Part shown: positions 41,521 to 56,014 of the stretch, in pieces
Position numbering within the stretch: the first letter of the stretch is position 1
Layout: the number at the start of each line of letters is the position of its first letter
NCBI GenBank assembly: GCA_013239625.1
Contig: MU054400.1
Location: forward strand, 2,950,282 to 3,014,281
Source: Lama guanicoe
Lineage: Eukaryota
Length of the DNA: 64,000 nucleotides
Direction: 5' to 3'
Program-made: the position numbers and the translations under genes
The notes under the pieces: model-generated
What the model was told of the DNA's origin: nothing
What the model saw: only the letters and a program-made list of their open reading frames with translations
Database searches by the model: none

Positions 41521-42249
41521 GCAGCTTATGGAAGATCTGCCCAGCAGATCCCCAGATCTCCAGTGCTGTGCATGTTTGATTGGCCTACAGCAGTGTCCCT
41601 CAGACTGTATCCATGAGCTGTCAGAGGGTGTCCACTAGTAAAAGAGATCTGTGATCACTGTGGAACTCCTCGGAGTCTTTAATCTGTCACTGGAATGCGT
41701 GGCCTTTAAAGAAGGGCTATAGAAAGTGGCCAAATCCCACACAGAAGAGCTGGCCAGGAGGTCCTTTGTCCGGGTCCACTTCCTAACAAGTAAAATCCGT
41801 CAGCAGGAGATGGGATAAATCCTCTTGTTTTTCCAGTCTTCTGAGTCTCATATTCCTGAAATCCAGAGCCCATCCACTTTGTACATAGAGGTACTACATG
41901 TGGAAATGAAGTGTGCCCTCAGGTGTGCAGGGTGGGGAAGGCAGGCCAGAGCCCATAGACGTGGATGGGCCAGGAGGATTCTGATTCTGCAAAGTACTGA
42001 GAGATACCTTCAGCAGGTACTGTCTCCCCCTTTAAACCCATTTTTGAAGCAGTCAGCCTCAGCCTTCTTGTGCCTGTGACATTCCTTATCTTTGCATCAC
42101 TGAGGCAGAGACCCTTAAAAAAGGAAGCTAGCCACACAGAGTCAGCTGGAGTATAGAGGAAAGAGCATCAAACTGCGGTCCTAAAGGAAAAGGTCCAAGT
42201 CTCTGTTACCCCTTCTTTGACTTTATGATTCTATCAGCTAGGAATGCAG

Positions 42250-42720
42250 TTAGCATGTAGCTGCCAGCAGTGGCCTAAGCAGAGAGGGAGTTGCTTTGGT
42301 TTGCATGACACGAAGTTCCCAGGGGGGCAGGTTCTGATTGGTGCAGAAGCTTTCCAGTGTCAGAGCAATGTATTGGCACTTGATATTTTCTTGGTTTTTT
42401 TCCTCACAACTGAAAGAAGATTGCAGCAACTCTAAACATGTCAAAACCGCAGCTGGAAGAGGAAGGGGGCAAGATGGCTGCAGAGAAAGATGATTCTTAC
42501 TGGCACATCTTCCTCTCATCAGGAAGTAAATCTTTACCAGAGCATCTCCTCCCCAAAGACTCCTTCTTGTACCTCACTGGCCACACATGGGCCGGGACTG
42601 AGGACTGGCCTCACTTGCAGAGATCAGTGATTTTTCTGAAGACCTAGGCAAACTGTGATTCTACTACAGGTGAAAAGGAAGCAAAAGTGAATGGCTTTGG
42701 GGAGAGTGAGGAAAACTATG
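42250..42720 (-). mobile_element. Old MaLR LTR (MLT1J-like)
   Basis: cagtggcctaagcagagaggg...gcaagatggctgc...ccccaaagactccttcttgtacctcactggccacacatgg motifs. Boundaries approximate. Confidence 0.5.
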
Positions 42721-42859
42721 CCAACTCCCCTTTTGCACCATCATGGCCTCTGTTTCTTTATTCTCAGTGAGCTCCTGCCTTCAAAGGCTGTTGAGAACAA
42801 TAAATCAAAGTGGCACCTAATCATGGATCAAAATGAAAGTGCTGGCATTTTTCAGGAGG

Positions 42860-44110
42860 AGATCTTTATTCTTCTGTATGTGATGCTTCTTTTTTCTCAA
42901 GCCGCTTTTAAGATTTTTTTGTTGAGTTCATTGGATTTCTTGAATTTGCGAGGTTTTAATTTTCATTAGTTTGAAAAAAACGTTGACCATTATTTGTTGA
43001 AATATGTCTTCTGTTCCTCCTACATACCTGCTAAGGACTCCAATTTCCCTTTTAGTAAGCTACTTGAAGCTGTCTCATGGCTCACTGAGCTCTTTTCATA
43101 TTTTTGGAGTCTCTTTTCATTGTGTGTTTCATTTTGGATAGGTTCTGTTACTCTGTCTTCATCTTCCATAATCTTTTCTTGTGCAGTGTCTAGTTTTCCA
43201 TTATTCCCTTCCCGTGTATTTTTCATCTCACATACTGAGGTCTTCATTCTTAAAATATGGCCTTTTTCTTATACCTTCCAACTTTTAAAACACATGGAAT
43301 GACTTTATAATAAACATTTCAGTCTGTTTTTAGTTCTCTGATGTGTGCCAGTCCTGGATCAATTTCCACTGATTGATTTTTCACAGCGTCGTGGATCACA
43401 TTTTCCTGCTGCTTTTGAATTGGAGCAGAAATTGTGAATTTTATCTTGCTGGATGCTAGATATTTTGCTTTCCTAAAAATATTTTTGAGCTTTATTCTGG
43501 AATGAGGCTATATTGCCTTGAAACAGTTTGATCCCTTTGTGTGCTACTGTTAACATTTATTGATTCCCCCTGCTGAGGTAAGATCTACTAGGTGCTATGC
43601 CTGGTTCCCCATGATTGAGGCTGTTTTCACTCTGCTTCATGGGAGCTGGCAGTACTCCTGGCCCTGCGTGAGCATTGGGTGCTAATCTTTCTAGATAGTT
43701 CTTCTCTAGCTATTGATATGCACGCACTGACCAACACTCAGCTGCATACTTGAGGGGCACCCTCTAGAGATCTTCGGAGTTCTCTCTGTGTGCAGCTCTC
43801 CTTTCTCTGATACTCTTTGTTTTATGCTCTAGTCACCTTGATCTCCACTGACTCTCAGCTCCATCTCCTCAACTTAGGGAACATGCTGGGCTCCCACCTG
43901 AAGCCCTCTGTCTCTTTCAAAGAATGAAGCTTGGCAGCCATAGGACTATGTTTGTTTCTCATCTCTCAGGAATCATTACTCCTCATTGTCTGTTATCTAG
44001 TGTCTTGAAAATAATTGTTTCATATATGTATATTTAAGCCATTTTTTGGTTGTTCCAGGTGAGAGGGTAAATTTCTTTCCGGTTACACTGCCTTTCCTGG
44101 AAGTAGAAGA
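42860..44110 (-). mobile_element. Old L1 5' region/ORF1 fragment (L1M-type)
   Basis: Minus-strand ORF 43020..43247 (EMKNTREGNNGKLDTAQEKIMEDEDRVTEPIQNE) resembles the L1 ORF1p coiled coil. The end near 44100 (ggttacactg...ctggaagtagaag) resembles old L1M 5' ends. Confidence 0.7.
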
Positions 44111-44858
44111 CAGTCACCATCTCTCTTGATGATTAATATGTCATTTACAAAATCTATCAGTGAACCACTTATAGTTGCAGTAAAGAAAACAAGTTCTCCC
44201 ACCTCTTTAGAACAGCTACTTCCTGTGAAGTTTTTGTTTCTTTTTAATTAAATAACTTACATTTACATAATAGTTCTCCTACAATTAAAGTTTCCCTGCC
44301 TACACAAGATGATTACTTAAGTAAGAGAGTAGATTTTCTCCATCTCCAGTGAGTATTCAGCAAGAGGAAATTATCTTAGCTTCCCTGTTACCTCTGAGAG
44401 ATTCCCCAGGCTCAAAATGTGAACCAGTTCAAAGAAGGCTTTGGAAAAAGATGTGTGGGCAGAATATTAATAATGCTTCACACTTTTCACATTTTCCCAC
44501 AGTTTTTGTCCTCTGGTCAGGGACAGAACACCTTGGATGGATAAATGACTGAATTAGTCCAAGACGGTACTACATATATAATTTTTAGCCATGCCTCTTC
44601 AGTATGTAGTTTCTGAGTGAGAAATGTTCTGTTCCTTAAAGAAAGCCACAAATCTCCTGGGGAAAAGAGACATAAATGAATCACTCTGATGCTAGGCAGT
44701 ATGATACATGTTGTGAAGAGTACAGGTAAATTGATTTTTATTAGAATGTGGGATGAAATCTGGAAAATTCTCTGGAAGAAACAAGATTTGGCCTGGATCT
44801 TAAAGGAAGAATAGCAGCTGAAGGTGTCACTGAAGTTACAATCAAGACCAGGTGACCC

Positions 44859-44985
44859 GGGGGAAGATACAGCTCAGTGGCAGAGCGCATGCCTAGCATG
44901 CAAAACGTCCTGGGCTCAATCCCCAGCGCCTCCATTAAATAAATAAAAACCTAATTACCTATCTCCCCCAACAGCAGTAACAACA
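44859..44985 (+). mobile_element. tRNA-derived SINE (Vic-1-like) with perfect 14-bp TSD
   Basis: gggggaagatacagctcagtggcagagcgcatgcctagcatgcaaaacgtcctgggctcaatcccc...aaataaataaaaacctaattacc. TSD AAGACCAGGTGACC at 44844-44857 and 44986-44999. Confidence 0.92.
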
Positions 44986-47900
44986 AAGACCAGGTGACCT
45001 GATTACAGGTTCTTCTCGGGCAGACTGTACGTCTTCTAATATTCATCTCCATGAGGCCTCACACAGTGCGAGGCACTCACGAGGGTCTTGCTGGTGCTGA
45101 TAATTGCCTAAAAGGAAGGTCTGAGAAGGACTGAATACTATTCTCCTTAGCGGTCTTTGGCAGTAAAGATGCTGTTTACCATAGTAGGTCTTCAGGATGG
45201 AAATAGCTCCTAAGTGCAAGTATGAGTTGACATCATCTCTACGCTCTCCATGAAACTTTCTTAGAATTCTGTCCTCTGGCAATTAGCCCACATTCCTCTT
45301 TGGTCCATTTGTCCAGATTTGAAAAAATGATAGAACTACAAGAGATGGTTCCGACACCCTAACCTAGTGCTGTGTAGATACGAAGCCGTTAAAAGCTCCA
45401 GGATCGATCCCTCGACAGGGTTTCAGCACCTTCTCCTGGTGGTCACTCTGCTGGTGGTCAGAAGAACTTAGGACAGGCATGAAACCTGAAGCATTTCACT
45501 TACCAGAAATAAACAAATTCCAAACTGGACTCCACTAAGAGAATCGTGAAACCTGAAGTTGCTCTGTGATGGCCAGCCGTGAGACGGCATCTGCAGTTCT
45601 CGTCATGCCAGTGGAGGCCTAGCGGTGTTGCCTTACCTGGTGCTGCCAGGCTCCCTGCCACATAGGCTCTCAGGTTCGACCGTACATCCAAACAGCTCCA
45701 AGTGCTTTCTTCAAAATCTTGATGACCAGACCTCATGTTGGATACACTGATCCTGCATCTCTGGAGATGAGAATTGGGAATTTATGTTTTTGACAAGTTT
45801 CTTAGGTGAGTCTGAGGTACTGCCAAGTGTAAGCATCACATCGGTCTTGCTCAGCAGCATTGACAGCAAGTAGCTAACATGGCCTCATAGGTACTAAGAG
45901 TCAAATGGTAACTTTATCAAAGATCTTAATTACCAAGCTTCAAAAATAGAACAGGTACTGTTAAAAATTCTCTCAAACTTGACCCATTGTTTTCTTGATG
46001 GAGGTCGTGCTATGGCAGTTAATGGATTTTTAGGACTTCCAATGGGAAAAGCTCTTCGAATTTTAATCACCATCGTACAGTGACATCGCATTCTCCTTAT
46101 CCTCAGAGCCTAGATTCATTCAACCATGGCATTTCTGAACTGGTAAATGAAATATCATTTTATGCTCTACCCTCTCCTCCTAGGAGGTGGGCTTGGCCCA
46201 TTCTCTGGGTAAGTAACGTCAAAGACAACAGGAGGAGAGAGAGAGACGGAATAAGCAGCAAGTACGAACTGCTGTGACATGGACCTGGACAAGCCAACAT
46301 CAGAGTAGCGACGCCTGCCTCCTGCAAGGAACCCGAGCTCCCTGCCTGGTCCCGCAGTCTCGGCAGACCCCTGCTGGCCTTCGCTGTCACTGCACGGCTG
46401 TGTATCAGTGAGGGGGACTGGTGGGGACTCGGCCTGCGCAGGGAAAGCAAGGAAAGGCTTGCGAGGAGTCAGTCAAACAGCTTGTCGAGGCATCCTTGTG
46501 GGTGTCTGCAGTGAGGCGGCACAGTATGCAGGCTTCTTATTAGCAGCTATTTTAGAGTCCTGACACCGAAATGGAACAGTTTCTTCCCTACATGGTATTT
46601 CCAGGCTGGCTTCCTCCCTCACAGCCCTACGACAGCAGCAGCCACCTCCTAAGGGGGTGGAGGACATGACGCTGGGCTCCTTTGACGGCGGAGCCCGGCT
46701 CTGGGGCCCACGCCCTCAGCCCTGGAGATAATTTGGTTCATTCCCATGTTGCTGCTGATGGGGATACGGCAGCGGAGGCTGAGGAGGGTTTGAGGCTCAT
46801 GCCTCAGAATCCTTTTGAGCACGGGAGCCTGTTGCAAGGGTATAGAGGGACTGATGCCCTAGTTTTCAGGGCATCGAGGGAGAATTTACCTCCAGGTGAA
46901 ATTGCGCAGGGCGTAAGTCCAATATCAGCATTTTGTTCTTGTGGCTGCCACAGGTGCTTGAACTCCTCCCAGCTCTTTTAGGGAAAGTAGTGAATTTCTT
47001 CTGGAAAACTCATTAGGCTTCATTGTAGGAAACGACTGTGACCTTAAAAGACTCCTGTTAATGTCTGAGAGGGTTAATGTCCTGTAAGGAAGGCTAGCAT
47101 TTATTGGCCTCCTTTTACATCTCAGCTTGACGTGTAAGCTTCTTGGACATCTTTAGCAATACAGCTGAAGAGAGTAATATTCAGAGAGGTGAAGTCAGTT
47201 TCCTGACATTGCTTATCCAGGTGACAGAGCTGACATCTGAACCTCTGTTCTACAAGGGGAAACAAAACCCTCTGAACCCCCCTGGTGCCCTCAGCACAAC
47301 CCCAGCTCCCCTGGTTATCTCCCTGGGAGGTGGAGAAGGTTTGGCAGGAGAATTCTGAGTTCTGCCCTCAGTGGTCATAACGAGTCCGTCTAGGCCTCTG
47401 GCTCACTGCACAGGGCAAAGTCTTAAAGCTTTATTGGCTGGAGTAGGAAAGGGGATACTTCACACTTCAGGACTATAACCTTAAAGGGCTTCAGAAATAG
47501 CCAGTCTGACTTCTTAAGGAAAGAATCTGGGTTCTTTCCAGATTCCAAATCTGGTTAATATGCCAAGGAACATGGAACCAGCGGACAGCGGACCTGGATC
47601 CATTCTCACCTGCAGTATGTATACAGCATGTGGCTTTGGACGACTCATTTAACTTCTCTGACCTTACTTTCCATCTTAGTGAAATGGTGAAGAAGTGTCT
47701 TCTGCCTGCTACTTTGTGCTGTCTGGAAGCTTCCATGGGAGGTGTAGAGTATATGGATGTCAGTGAACGGGGACAAAGTGGAACCCCGTGGCATGTGTTG
47801 GGCTCCACCTTCCATGGTGGGAGGAGAGCTCTCTTACATAAACATCCCTGAGTCTGGGATGGGTTCCTAAGAATGTGAACTCTGTCTCAGATCTTTATGG

Positions 47901-49382
47901 AATAGTCTCAGGGCGTCACCTCTGGAGCACACACGTTGGCCATCATTCTTTCCTTCAATTCTTGTCTCCTGAATTTATGCCATACCTCCCAGGAGTGTTT
48001 TATAGCCACTCTTCAGGCACTGTGGGACGGCCCTCCCAGGCTACAGTCATGTCTATGAGGTCTCTGAGGACATCAAAGGACTCCCCTGAGCCTTTCTGCC
48101 CGTTGACCCATACTCTGTGTTTCTTCTATTATATCCTTAAAGAGGACTTAAACTGCTGCCACGAAAAGCACATTTTAATGTTCTGTGTGACATGCTGCCT
48201 TTGTCTCTTTGTGGCTGTGGCAGCACCATCAATTACTCGCCTTTTGTCAGCCGTTCTGAGTCATAACTATTTGCTTGAGCACGAAACACATGCCATAAAG
48301 GGAAGTCATCATGGTGTAAACCACACACCCCGCAGCACAAACGTGACTGAGACAACGTGGGGCAGCCCCTGCCCTTTAGCAGTCTGAAGGAGCCTAGGGA
48401 CTCCTTCGACAAAGCAGGCTCCAAATGCACAAACTAAAATTTGTAGGGCTAAAAAGGAACACAGTTACATCGTAGCACACTTAGAACATGTTTAAGATGT
48501 GGTATAATAATGCATGTGTTTTTGTTAAAACATTCAGGAATGAGATCTGGTGGCAGGTATAATAGCCACTCTAATTTCAAAGTGATGAGCTTCAAGGATG
48601 TTTTGAGATCTCTGCCACCACAGTAACATAATATGAAAATACCTGATTTCTACGAGTGACAACTTCGCACATGCTGCTGTTACCACTGCGCTTTGTTGTG
48701 CACATTAATGATGGAAGGAAATGCTTACAGTACCCTCTGAATTCTATCCATGGATCCCTGGAGGGTCTGTACATTAAGGCAAATAACTCCTACTTTAGAG
48801 CATTGCAGAATAGAGCAGGAGTGGTCACCAGTCAGAACTGTAGAGTCCTGCTGGCTGAGAGCGGTCTAGAGCTTAGAAGCACGGGGTTAGGGGTGGGAGG
48901 GCAGCATGAAGAGTTTAGACTCTGGGGCCACACTTCCTGGGCTCAAATTCCAGCTCTCCCTCTTACTAACCCTGTGACATTGGACGAGTTACTTAACCTT
49001 TCAACACTCAATTTCTTCAACTAATAAATGGCAACAACCATAATTCAAACTGCTGTTGTAAGGATTAAATACACTCTTCCAACAGTGCCCACCTTACCGT
49101 GGTATTTTAGGTGTCAGCTATCATTATTATAATTATATGTGAGCATTGAAAGAGAACAGCTCAGAAAAAAAAATAGGATTGGAGTGAATCAGCCCTGGGC
49201 GGGGCAGCGGTGAGCTGGGCATGCCCACACCGGTGTTTGGCTGCAATGCAGCCCATATTCTCTCCCTCTCAAGGATCCTGGGGGTGGGGGTGGGGGTGCT
49301 TTACCAAGAGCCTTGATGGAATCCATATACTTCGTGTCCATGAAAGCCTCCCATCTCCCGTCCTGTAAGTTCACCTAACGGG

Positions 49383-49898
49383 TGTTACTGAGACCAACCT
49401 CATTCTGCTCACCGCAGCACAGGCCGTTATATCAGGAGACAAGATGTTGAGGCAAGGAATAATGACTTTACTCAGAAAGCCAGCGGACCAAGAAATGGGG
49501 ACTAATGTCCTAGAGAACCATCTTCCCCAAGTCAGGATTCAGGCCCCTTTTATTCTAAAAGGGGAGGGAATGTGGTTGCTTGCTGCAAACCTTTTGGGGT
49601 CAGAATTGTTTGTTCTTGCAGCTGTCCACGTAGGTCAGGTCACGGTGTCCCTGTAAGCCTCCAACAAGGCGACTGTTGTTTTCTACTCTGAAACTTTTTT
49701 ATCTTTATGTGAATGGGAAAGTCTTACACCCTTAAAGATCAGAGCCTTGAGAATGGGCTCTCGTGTCTATTTCAGGCTCTAGGCAGCATTCTTTTACAAA
49801 AAGTGCAGAACCAGCATGACTGAGCCCCGGAAATAGCACAGGGTTAGAGCTAAAGGAACAGATCTAATATGGAGTCAGACTTGTGCTTCCCTATCGCA
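49383..49898 (-). mobile_element. ERV1-class solo LTR
   Basis: TG...CA termini (tgttactgagacc...atggagtcagacttgtgcttccctatcgca); 4-bp flanks CGGG / CAGG, one CpG-type mismatch, consistent with an ERV1 TSD; internal gttgaggcaaggaataatgactttactcagaaagccagc motif. Confidence 0.75.
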
Positions 49899-50359
49899 CA
49901 GGAACTGGGTGATCATCTGCTATGACTTCACCTTGCTGAACTCGCTCCTGGTCGTCACTGCTTCCTCGCCCATGTGCTTTCAAACCATCTTTAAATAGTT
50001 GCTGTTAAAATTCAGTCTGGGACAAAGATCATGTATAGTTGTGAGTTGTTTCTGGAATCCTGCTTCTTCACTCTTACAGTGTCAACCTATGTTTATCTCC
50101 CTTCATCATCTTGTCTTCTTCCTTTGCCCAACTTCCCACTGCCTGCATGAACGCCACATTAATATCGTCAAGGGGAGTAGGCTGGGCACTGTTTAATTAC
50201 GCCTGGAGACACACATTCTTTTAAGAACAACTTTGAGCTTTCCATTTCTTCATCTCCTTTGGGTTTCAAATAGCTCTTGATATTTGTTCCATTCTTTCTA
50301 GACTTAAGGTCAACTTCCTCGATGGGACAGAGAATATCAAAATAGGAATTGCATAGTTA

Positions 50360-51300
50360 ATTCACTCAATGCTTTTGAGCACCTTGTGTGTACTAGGAGG
50401 GAAAAAAGTGAGCAGTAATAGACATAGCTCAGCCTGGTGGAGCTAATGGTCCAGCTGGGGAGCCAGACATCAATCAGATAAACCCAACACGTGTAAGTAA
50501 AAGCTGTGATGAATGTCATGAAGCAGGTGTCCTGAGGGCAATAAGAATCTATAGCAAGGGAATCTGACCTGGTGTAAGAACGCTGGGAAGACAGGTGGGA
50601 ATCTTTGAGCTGCGTCCTGCAGGTTGGGTTAATAAGGCCAAAAGAATAGAAAAGCACCCTCCAGGCAGAGGAAGCAACTGTCGGAAAAGCTTGTGGCAGG
50701 AGAAGCAGAGCACAGTGAAGGAAACAGAAGATGGCCAGTATGTTAAACACGGCATGAGGTGCAAAATGCAGATGGAGAAACAGAAAGGAACGAAACTATG
50801 TAGGACCTTGTCAGCCATGCTAAGGATTTTTCATTAGCATGAAACAGTGAGGTGCTGCTAAGGATTTTATGTAAGATGCAGATGGTACAACTCTGGAGAA
50901 CCAGAGCAGCTGTAGACAGATGGGCTAAGAGGTTCTTTCAGAAGTTAAGGAAAGAGACGACGGTATGGCAGTCAAGGGTGATGACAGTGGAGACAGAGCC
51001 AAGTGCAGAGGTTTATAAGTTATTTAAATAGAAGACAAAATTGCAGGACTTAGTGGTGGATCAGGTGTGGAAAATACAAAGCACAGGAAGTCAGGGATGT
51101 GAAACAGACTTCTGACCTGCATAACGGAACAGAATGGTGGTATTATTTCCTGTCCTGGTTTTGGAATGGGCTGGGCAGAGAACAGGAGTGCACTTGGTAC
51201 CTGTTGAGTTTGAGGTAATAGTAAACCATCTATACGTCTAGGGTGCCTATTTCTTGCTCTAAGAAGCAAGAGAACGCTCAGAGGCTAGTGATCAAGAAGT
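50360..51300 (-). mobile_element. L2a-like LINE remnant
   Basis: attcactcaatgcttttgagcacc...ctggtggagctaatggtccagctgggg...ccaggcagaggaagcaactg...gacaaaattgcaggacttagtggtggat motifs. Confidence 0.65.
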
Positions 51301-54300
51301 CCAGGACCACAGCATAGGAGGGATCATTGAGAGAATGGGGAACACTGGGGCAAGAAAAAGGAAGACCTAGATGTAAGTGTAGTAGCTGGCTTCTGCCCTG
51401 CAGAGGAGGACAGCGGTTCCAGAGGCTGGAACTGGTTCTCTTGGGTCAAAGTTTCCCGAAGCAGATTTGGCACCGTGTAAAGTCCAAGAGTGAAAACTGT
51501 GACATGGGCTGCCTTGCTAAGAGATGACTTCCTTGTCACTGGAGGGAGGTGTCCAAACATAGACTTTCCATCTTTCATGGTGCTGTAGAAAGGGCACATG
51601 TTTTGTAAATTGTGTTCTGTGGAACCCAGGGATTTTGTGGAGGGGCTTCAGTAATTAGTTCTATAAACAGTTTATTTAAATATCATCTGCTTATGTGTAT
51701 TAGAACCATTAATATAGCTATTAGTACTAAGTACACTATAACCACTAACAAAAACTGATGGACACCAACATGCTCAGATGGGTTAATGTATAATTTTAAC
51801 ACACTGGGCAACAGCAAAACTTTAATGTACTTTTTGGGTTGATTTAAAATACACAAATGTTACCAATTTGAAAGTTTATAAATAAATTCATACTGATACG
51901 ATGTGTTTTTTAGTTTAGCGAATTCTGTTTTAAGACTCTATGTGAGGCAGATAACTTCTCACACCCTTTTTAACACTAAGATTTTTATCCTGACAATTAA
52001 AATCAGCTACTACATTCTCGTCTATGTAAATTAGTTTAGCCCAAGCAAAAAGGATAGGACAGATACAGGTCCTCTGTGCACAGAGAGAAATGTATGGAAC
52101 ACTCTGCCTTCAGAATCAGCTCTTCAGTAAGCTCCCAATCTACACTCTCCTTGCTTCTTTCAAACTTGCCAAACTTCATCTGAGCTTTCAAAGGCATTGA
52201 TTATGTGTGCATGGGCTATTTGGAAAAATCTGGGGCTTAGTACCTATTTACACCTATGGCATAATTACTTAAATAGTGTAATGACCATGACCGACAGTTT
52301 CTCCATGTCACAGAGAAGAGACTTTCCAAATGTTCACAGCTCTGAAGCACTACTGAGTGTGAATAATGAAGTGGCATTCATTAAAGAGAAAAAAGGGGGA
52401 ACGGTAAGCAGATCAGAGAACCCCAGAGGATGTTTGATGAAACTTTTTACCAGATGACTGCTTCACTATTCTCTAGACTCTCAGCCAAACTCACCAACTT
52501 TGCTGTAGAGAGAACTTTCACTCAAGGACACACTTGGCTCCATTCAGTTGTCCATTCAGTGGTGGGGCGCCCAGTGTGTCCTCAAGTATTCCCAGTGAGA
52601 TGAGTGAGACACGAACAGGGAGGTGGCGGTCTGCCTCAGCCCCCCGCTTAACGTTCTGGGTTCCTCATTCCCAAACGCATGTGCCTCAAAACCCTTTCCA
52701 ATGAGGAACAAAGTTGCCTGCTAACAAGCGTAAAATTCCCATTGTCAATAAAGTCAGCTGCCTGTGGTTACAGGAACCCGAAGTGTCAGAAGTAATGATT
52801 TCTCTGCATTAAGTACCACCCAGGTGGTCTGCATATCATCTGGGCAGACCCGAACCTCCTTGAGCCCTCGGTGTGGGGGCCTCAGTTGTGAAGTGAGGAT
52901 GGTGTTCAGACCAGATGACGTCTGTAGTCCTTCTAGCTCTAAAGTTCTAAGCTCATTCCCAGTTCCACTGAATTAAATATTTCTGTCCAGAGAAGACTTA
53001 AGATCAATTCTTAGAGAATTTACAGATCTGGTGAAAATAACCAATACAAGCAAGGCCACACTGATGTTCTTCTGCAGGAGGTAAAACTTTGATTAGCGAT
53101 ATTTTTAAAAATTTGTTTCTTTGTTCTCTGCTCATGGACCAACTCCCATGAATCATTCAGGATTTTCTTCTGGATGTGTCTACCCCCTGGCCTTACAGAT
53201 AAGAGGATTAGGTGCTATTATCATCTCCTACCTTTTCTCTCTTGGAAGAATGTCCCTTGGAAGTAGTCAAAGAAGTTGATTTATTTATTCGCCAGATGCA
53301 GACTTCCATGGTTTCTTTGTCTTGGGTTGGATGGATGGATGGAAACATATAAAATGGCAAAGGAATGCAGTTATGTAAAGCCTGGTAACATCTTAAAGCC
53401 AGCTGTATGTCCTACCCTGTTGTAGGTTAACAGTGTGGATAGCTAGCCTCTCCTCGTGACGAGTCCCCTGGGGAGGCAGAGGAGCCAACGGAAACACAGT
53501 CATGAGATGGCTTTCATTAAACGGTACACCCCGGGCACATGGCTTGGGCTACTTGGCGCTGTTCAGATGAGTTACATATTGTCAACAGTTGTCAATGTCA
53601 TTCTTAAAGATTTCAGTTTATAGATGGCAATTCAGAGCTTCAGAAGACTAAAGGTCTTGCCCAACGTGCAGCCAGATAGTCCAAGGGTTTTCTTTACCTC
53701 TTTAAGGCATGAAACAGAGGACGCCAGTGTGAACACTCTTCACACCTCACTTATAAGAGAACCATCCTTTATTCCTTCAGTGTGGAGACTGAGCAGGACA
53801 GAGAGTGAGATGTTTTTGGCAGAAGGTCTCTAGTTTGGAAAAGTGATTTTTCTATATACAAAGCCAGTTCAGTTCCTCAAATGACGTGAAGAACAGTCTC
53901 TCTTCCCTTGGTTCCCACCTCCTGTAGGTGGGCTCAGGGCTTCCGAGTGAAGGTTGTAGCCCCTTCTCTTTCCCTGTCCCTGTTGGTTTCAGCTTGTCCT
54001 AAGCAAATTCCAGGAACTCACCGGCATTTCCAGGGTTAAGAGCAGCAGGCCTAGACATCCCCTGGGTGTGGCAGGTTTCCAGCAAAGAAAGCTACAGAAG
54101 AAAAGAATAGTGTGGGAAAGAAATGTCCAGTTGAATGAGATCAGGATGTTCTGAACCCTGTCCTGGTGCTGCCCGCTCGGGGCTGCAGCGTGGCGGTGCC
54201 AGAAGGTCCTCAGTGCCCCGCCAGCTCTGGGTGCACCTTGGAAGGCAGCGCCCGCCCCCTGGGGAGTCCACACAGTGGCAGTAGGCAAAGAAAGGCCACC

Positions 54301-55188
54301 CAGGGGGAGTTCTCAGAGGCAGGAGGCTTCCTTTGAGGAGTGGTCAGCAAGACATTCTTGCCCAGGGACTCCTGAGAACTGGAGCTTTTTTTTTTTTTCC
54401 TTCTTTCCCAAAATGCAAATAGCCTCTGTCCTTGGAATAAGGAAGATGGGTTGCTAGGCAGTCACTTCTCAACAAGCACTCCCCCTGCCCACTTTTCCTG
54501 ACCCCGAGAACAATGGGGACTTTTCAGTGCATGGAACCAAGATGGAGAAAAAGACATGGCAAAAATAAAAATGGGACCAGAGACCACAGCAGGCCGGCTC
54601 ACAGAGTATGGGTAGAAAAATGTAATATGAGTAAGTTTTGCTCTAGCGAGGCCAAAGGAGGTTGGTATTGTCCTCACAAGGCAAGGAGTGTAGGCCGTGC
54701 GGCAGCCACTGTCCCACAGCGACCCTGGCTGTGGTGACTCAGGTGACCCTGAGGATGTGATATGATTGCCAGTTAGCTAGGAGTCCTTGGATCTCAGTCT
54801 CTTTATCAGTGAAATAATGTTTGAAACTATATTTCTGTGAAAAGAATCTTTTTTTTTTTTTTTAGCAATTCCCTTGTTTTGTTAGATCCCGTCAGAGTTT
54901 TGGTAGGATATAGGTGACACACTGAAATTGAATAATGGAAACATATGTGAATAAAAGGACGGCTTACAAAAATGCAGGTAGGCTTTAGGGAAACCAAAGA
55001 GGACCCTACCACCTTGTGGTCTGACGTGACAGGAGGAAGGAGTGGTTATCCGACTCTAGGAAGGGGAGTTACCTGGAGCGGGCCACCTGATGGGAACTGC
55101 GACTTTTGGTGGAAGGATGTAACCAGCCTGTGATGACTTGACATCCGAACCCAGTGGGAAGCCAGAGGGCAAGGGGACTGACCCCAAG

Positions 55189-55531
55189 TGCATTAGTCAG
55201 CTCAGGCTGCCATAACAAAATGCCATTGACCGGGTGGCTCAAACAACAGAAATTTATTTCTCGCCGTCTGGAGCTCAAGGTGCCCTCATGGTCAGCTTGT
55301 TGGTGTGGGCCCACTCCCTGGCTGTGTCCTCACATGGCCTTCCGTGGAATGTGGACACAGAGATGAGAGAAAGAGAAAGAGAGAGAGAGAGAGGTTCCTT
55401 GTCACCTCCTCTTTTTATGAGGGCATCAATCCTATCATGAAAGCCCTGCCCTCGTGACCTCATCTAATTCCAGTCACCATCCCATTGAGGTGCGACTTAC
55501 GAATTTCAGAAGAGAAAGTCAGTCCATAGCA
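55189..55531 (-). mobile_element. MLT1A-like MaLR solo LTR with perfect 5-bp TSD
   Basis: TG...CA termini (tgcattagtcagctcaggctgccataacaaaat...ggctcaaacaacagaaatttatttctc...cagtccatagca). TSD CCAAG at 55184-55188 and 55532-55536; internal (GA)n. Confidence 0.88.
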
Positions 55532-56014
55532 CCAAGTAACATTTTAGAACACTCTAAAGGCCACAATGATGGAGGCCCAAGAGAATCAGAGTATCTCCCT
55601 GGGAAACTTACTGCGAGATTTTGATGTATATATTCCTGCAAGGCCTGGTGTTACTCTTACCTCTTGGGAGAGCCAACTGAAACAGTGTGAGATCAGGCGA
55701 CGGTCCAGAGGACGAGCATGAAGGACACATGCTGGCCAAGCTGCTTGGTGTGACGGAGATAGTGAGGCACTGGTTCTAAAAGACCTGTGCATCTGACTAG
55801 AGAATTCTGTCAGCAGGGGTTCTCTGGCTTTTGTCCATTTCAAATATTTTCATGGTAAAAGCAATGTTACAAAAACATTTTTAAAAATCTAAGAGAGAAA
55901 CTAAACCATCCCTAAGCCCAGAGAATTACACATATATGTATTGGTACACACTGACCTCTTATGTTGTGTGTATGTATGCGTAGGTATACGTATATATGTA
56001 TGGGTATGTGTGCA

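Noticed and set aside
45422..45442. REST/RE1 site (TTCAGCACC)
   Set aside because: Only the left half-site matches; the GGACAG right half is absent at canonical spacing.
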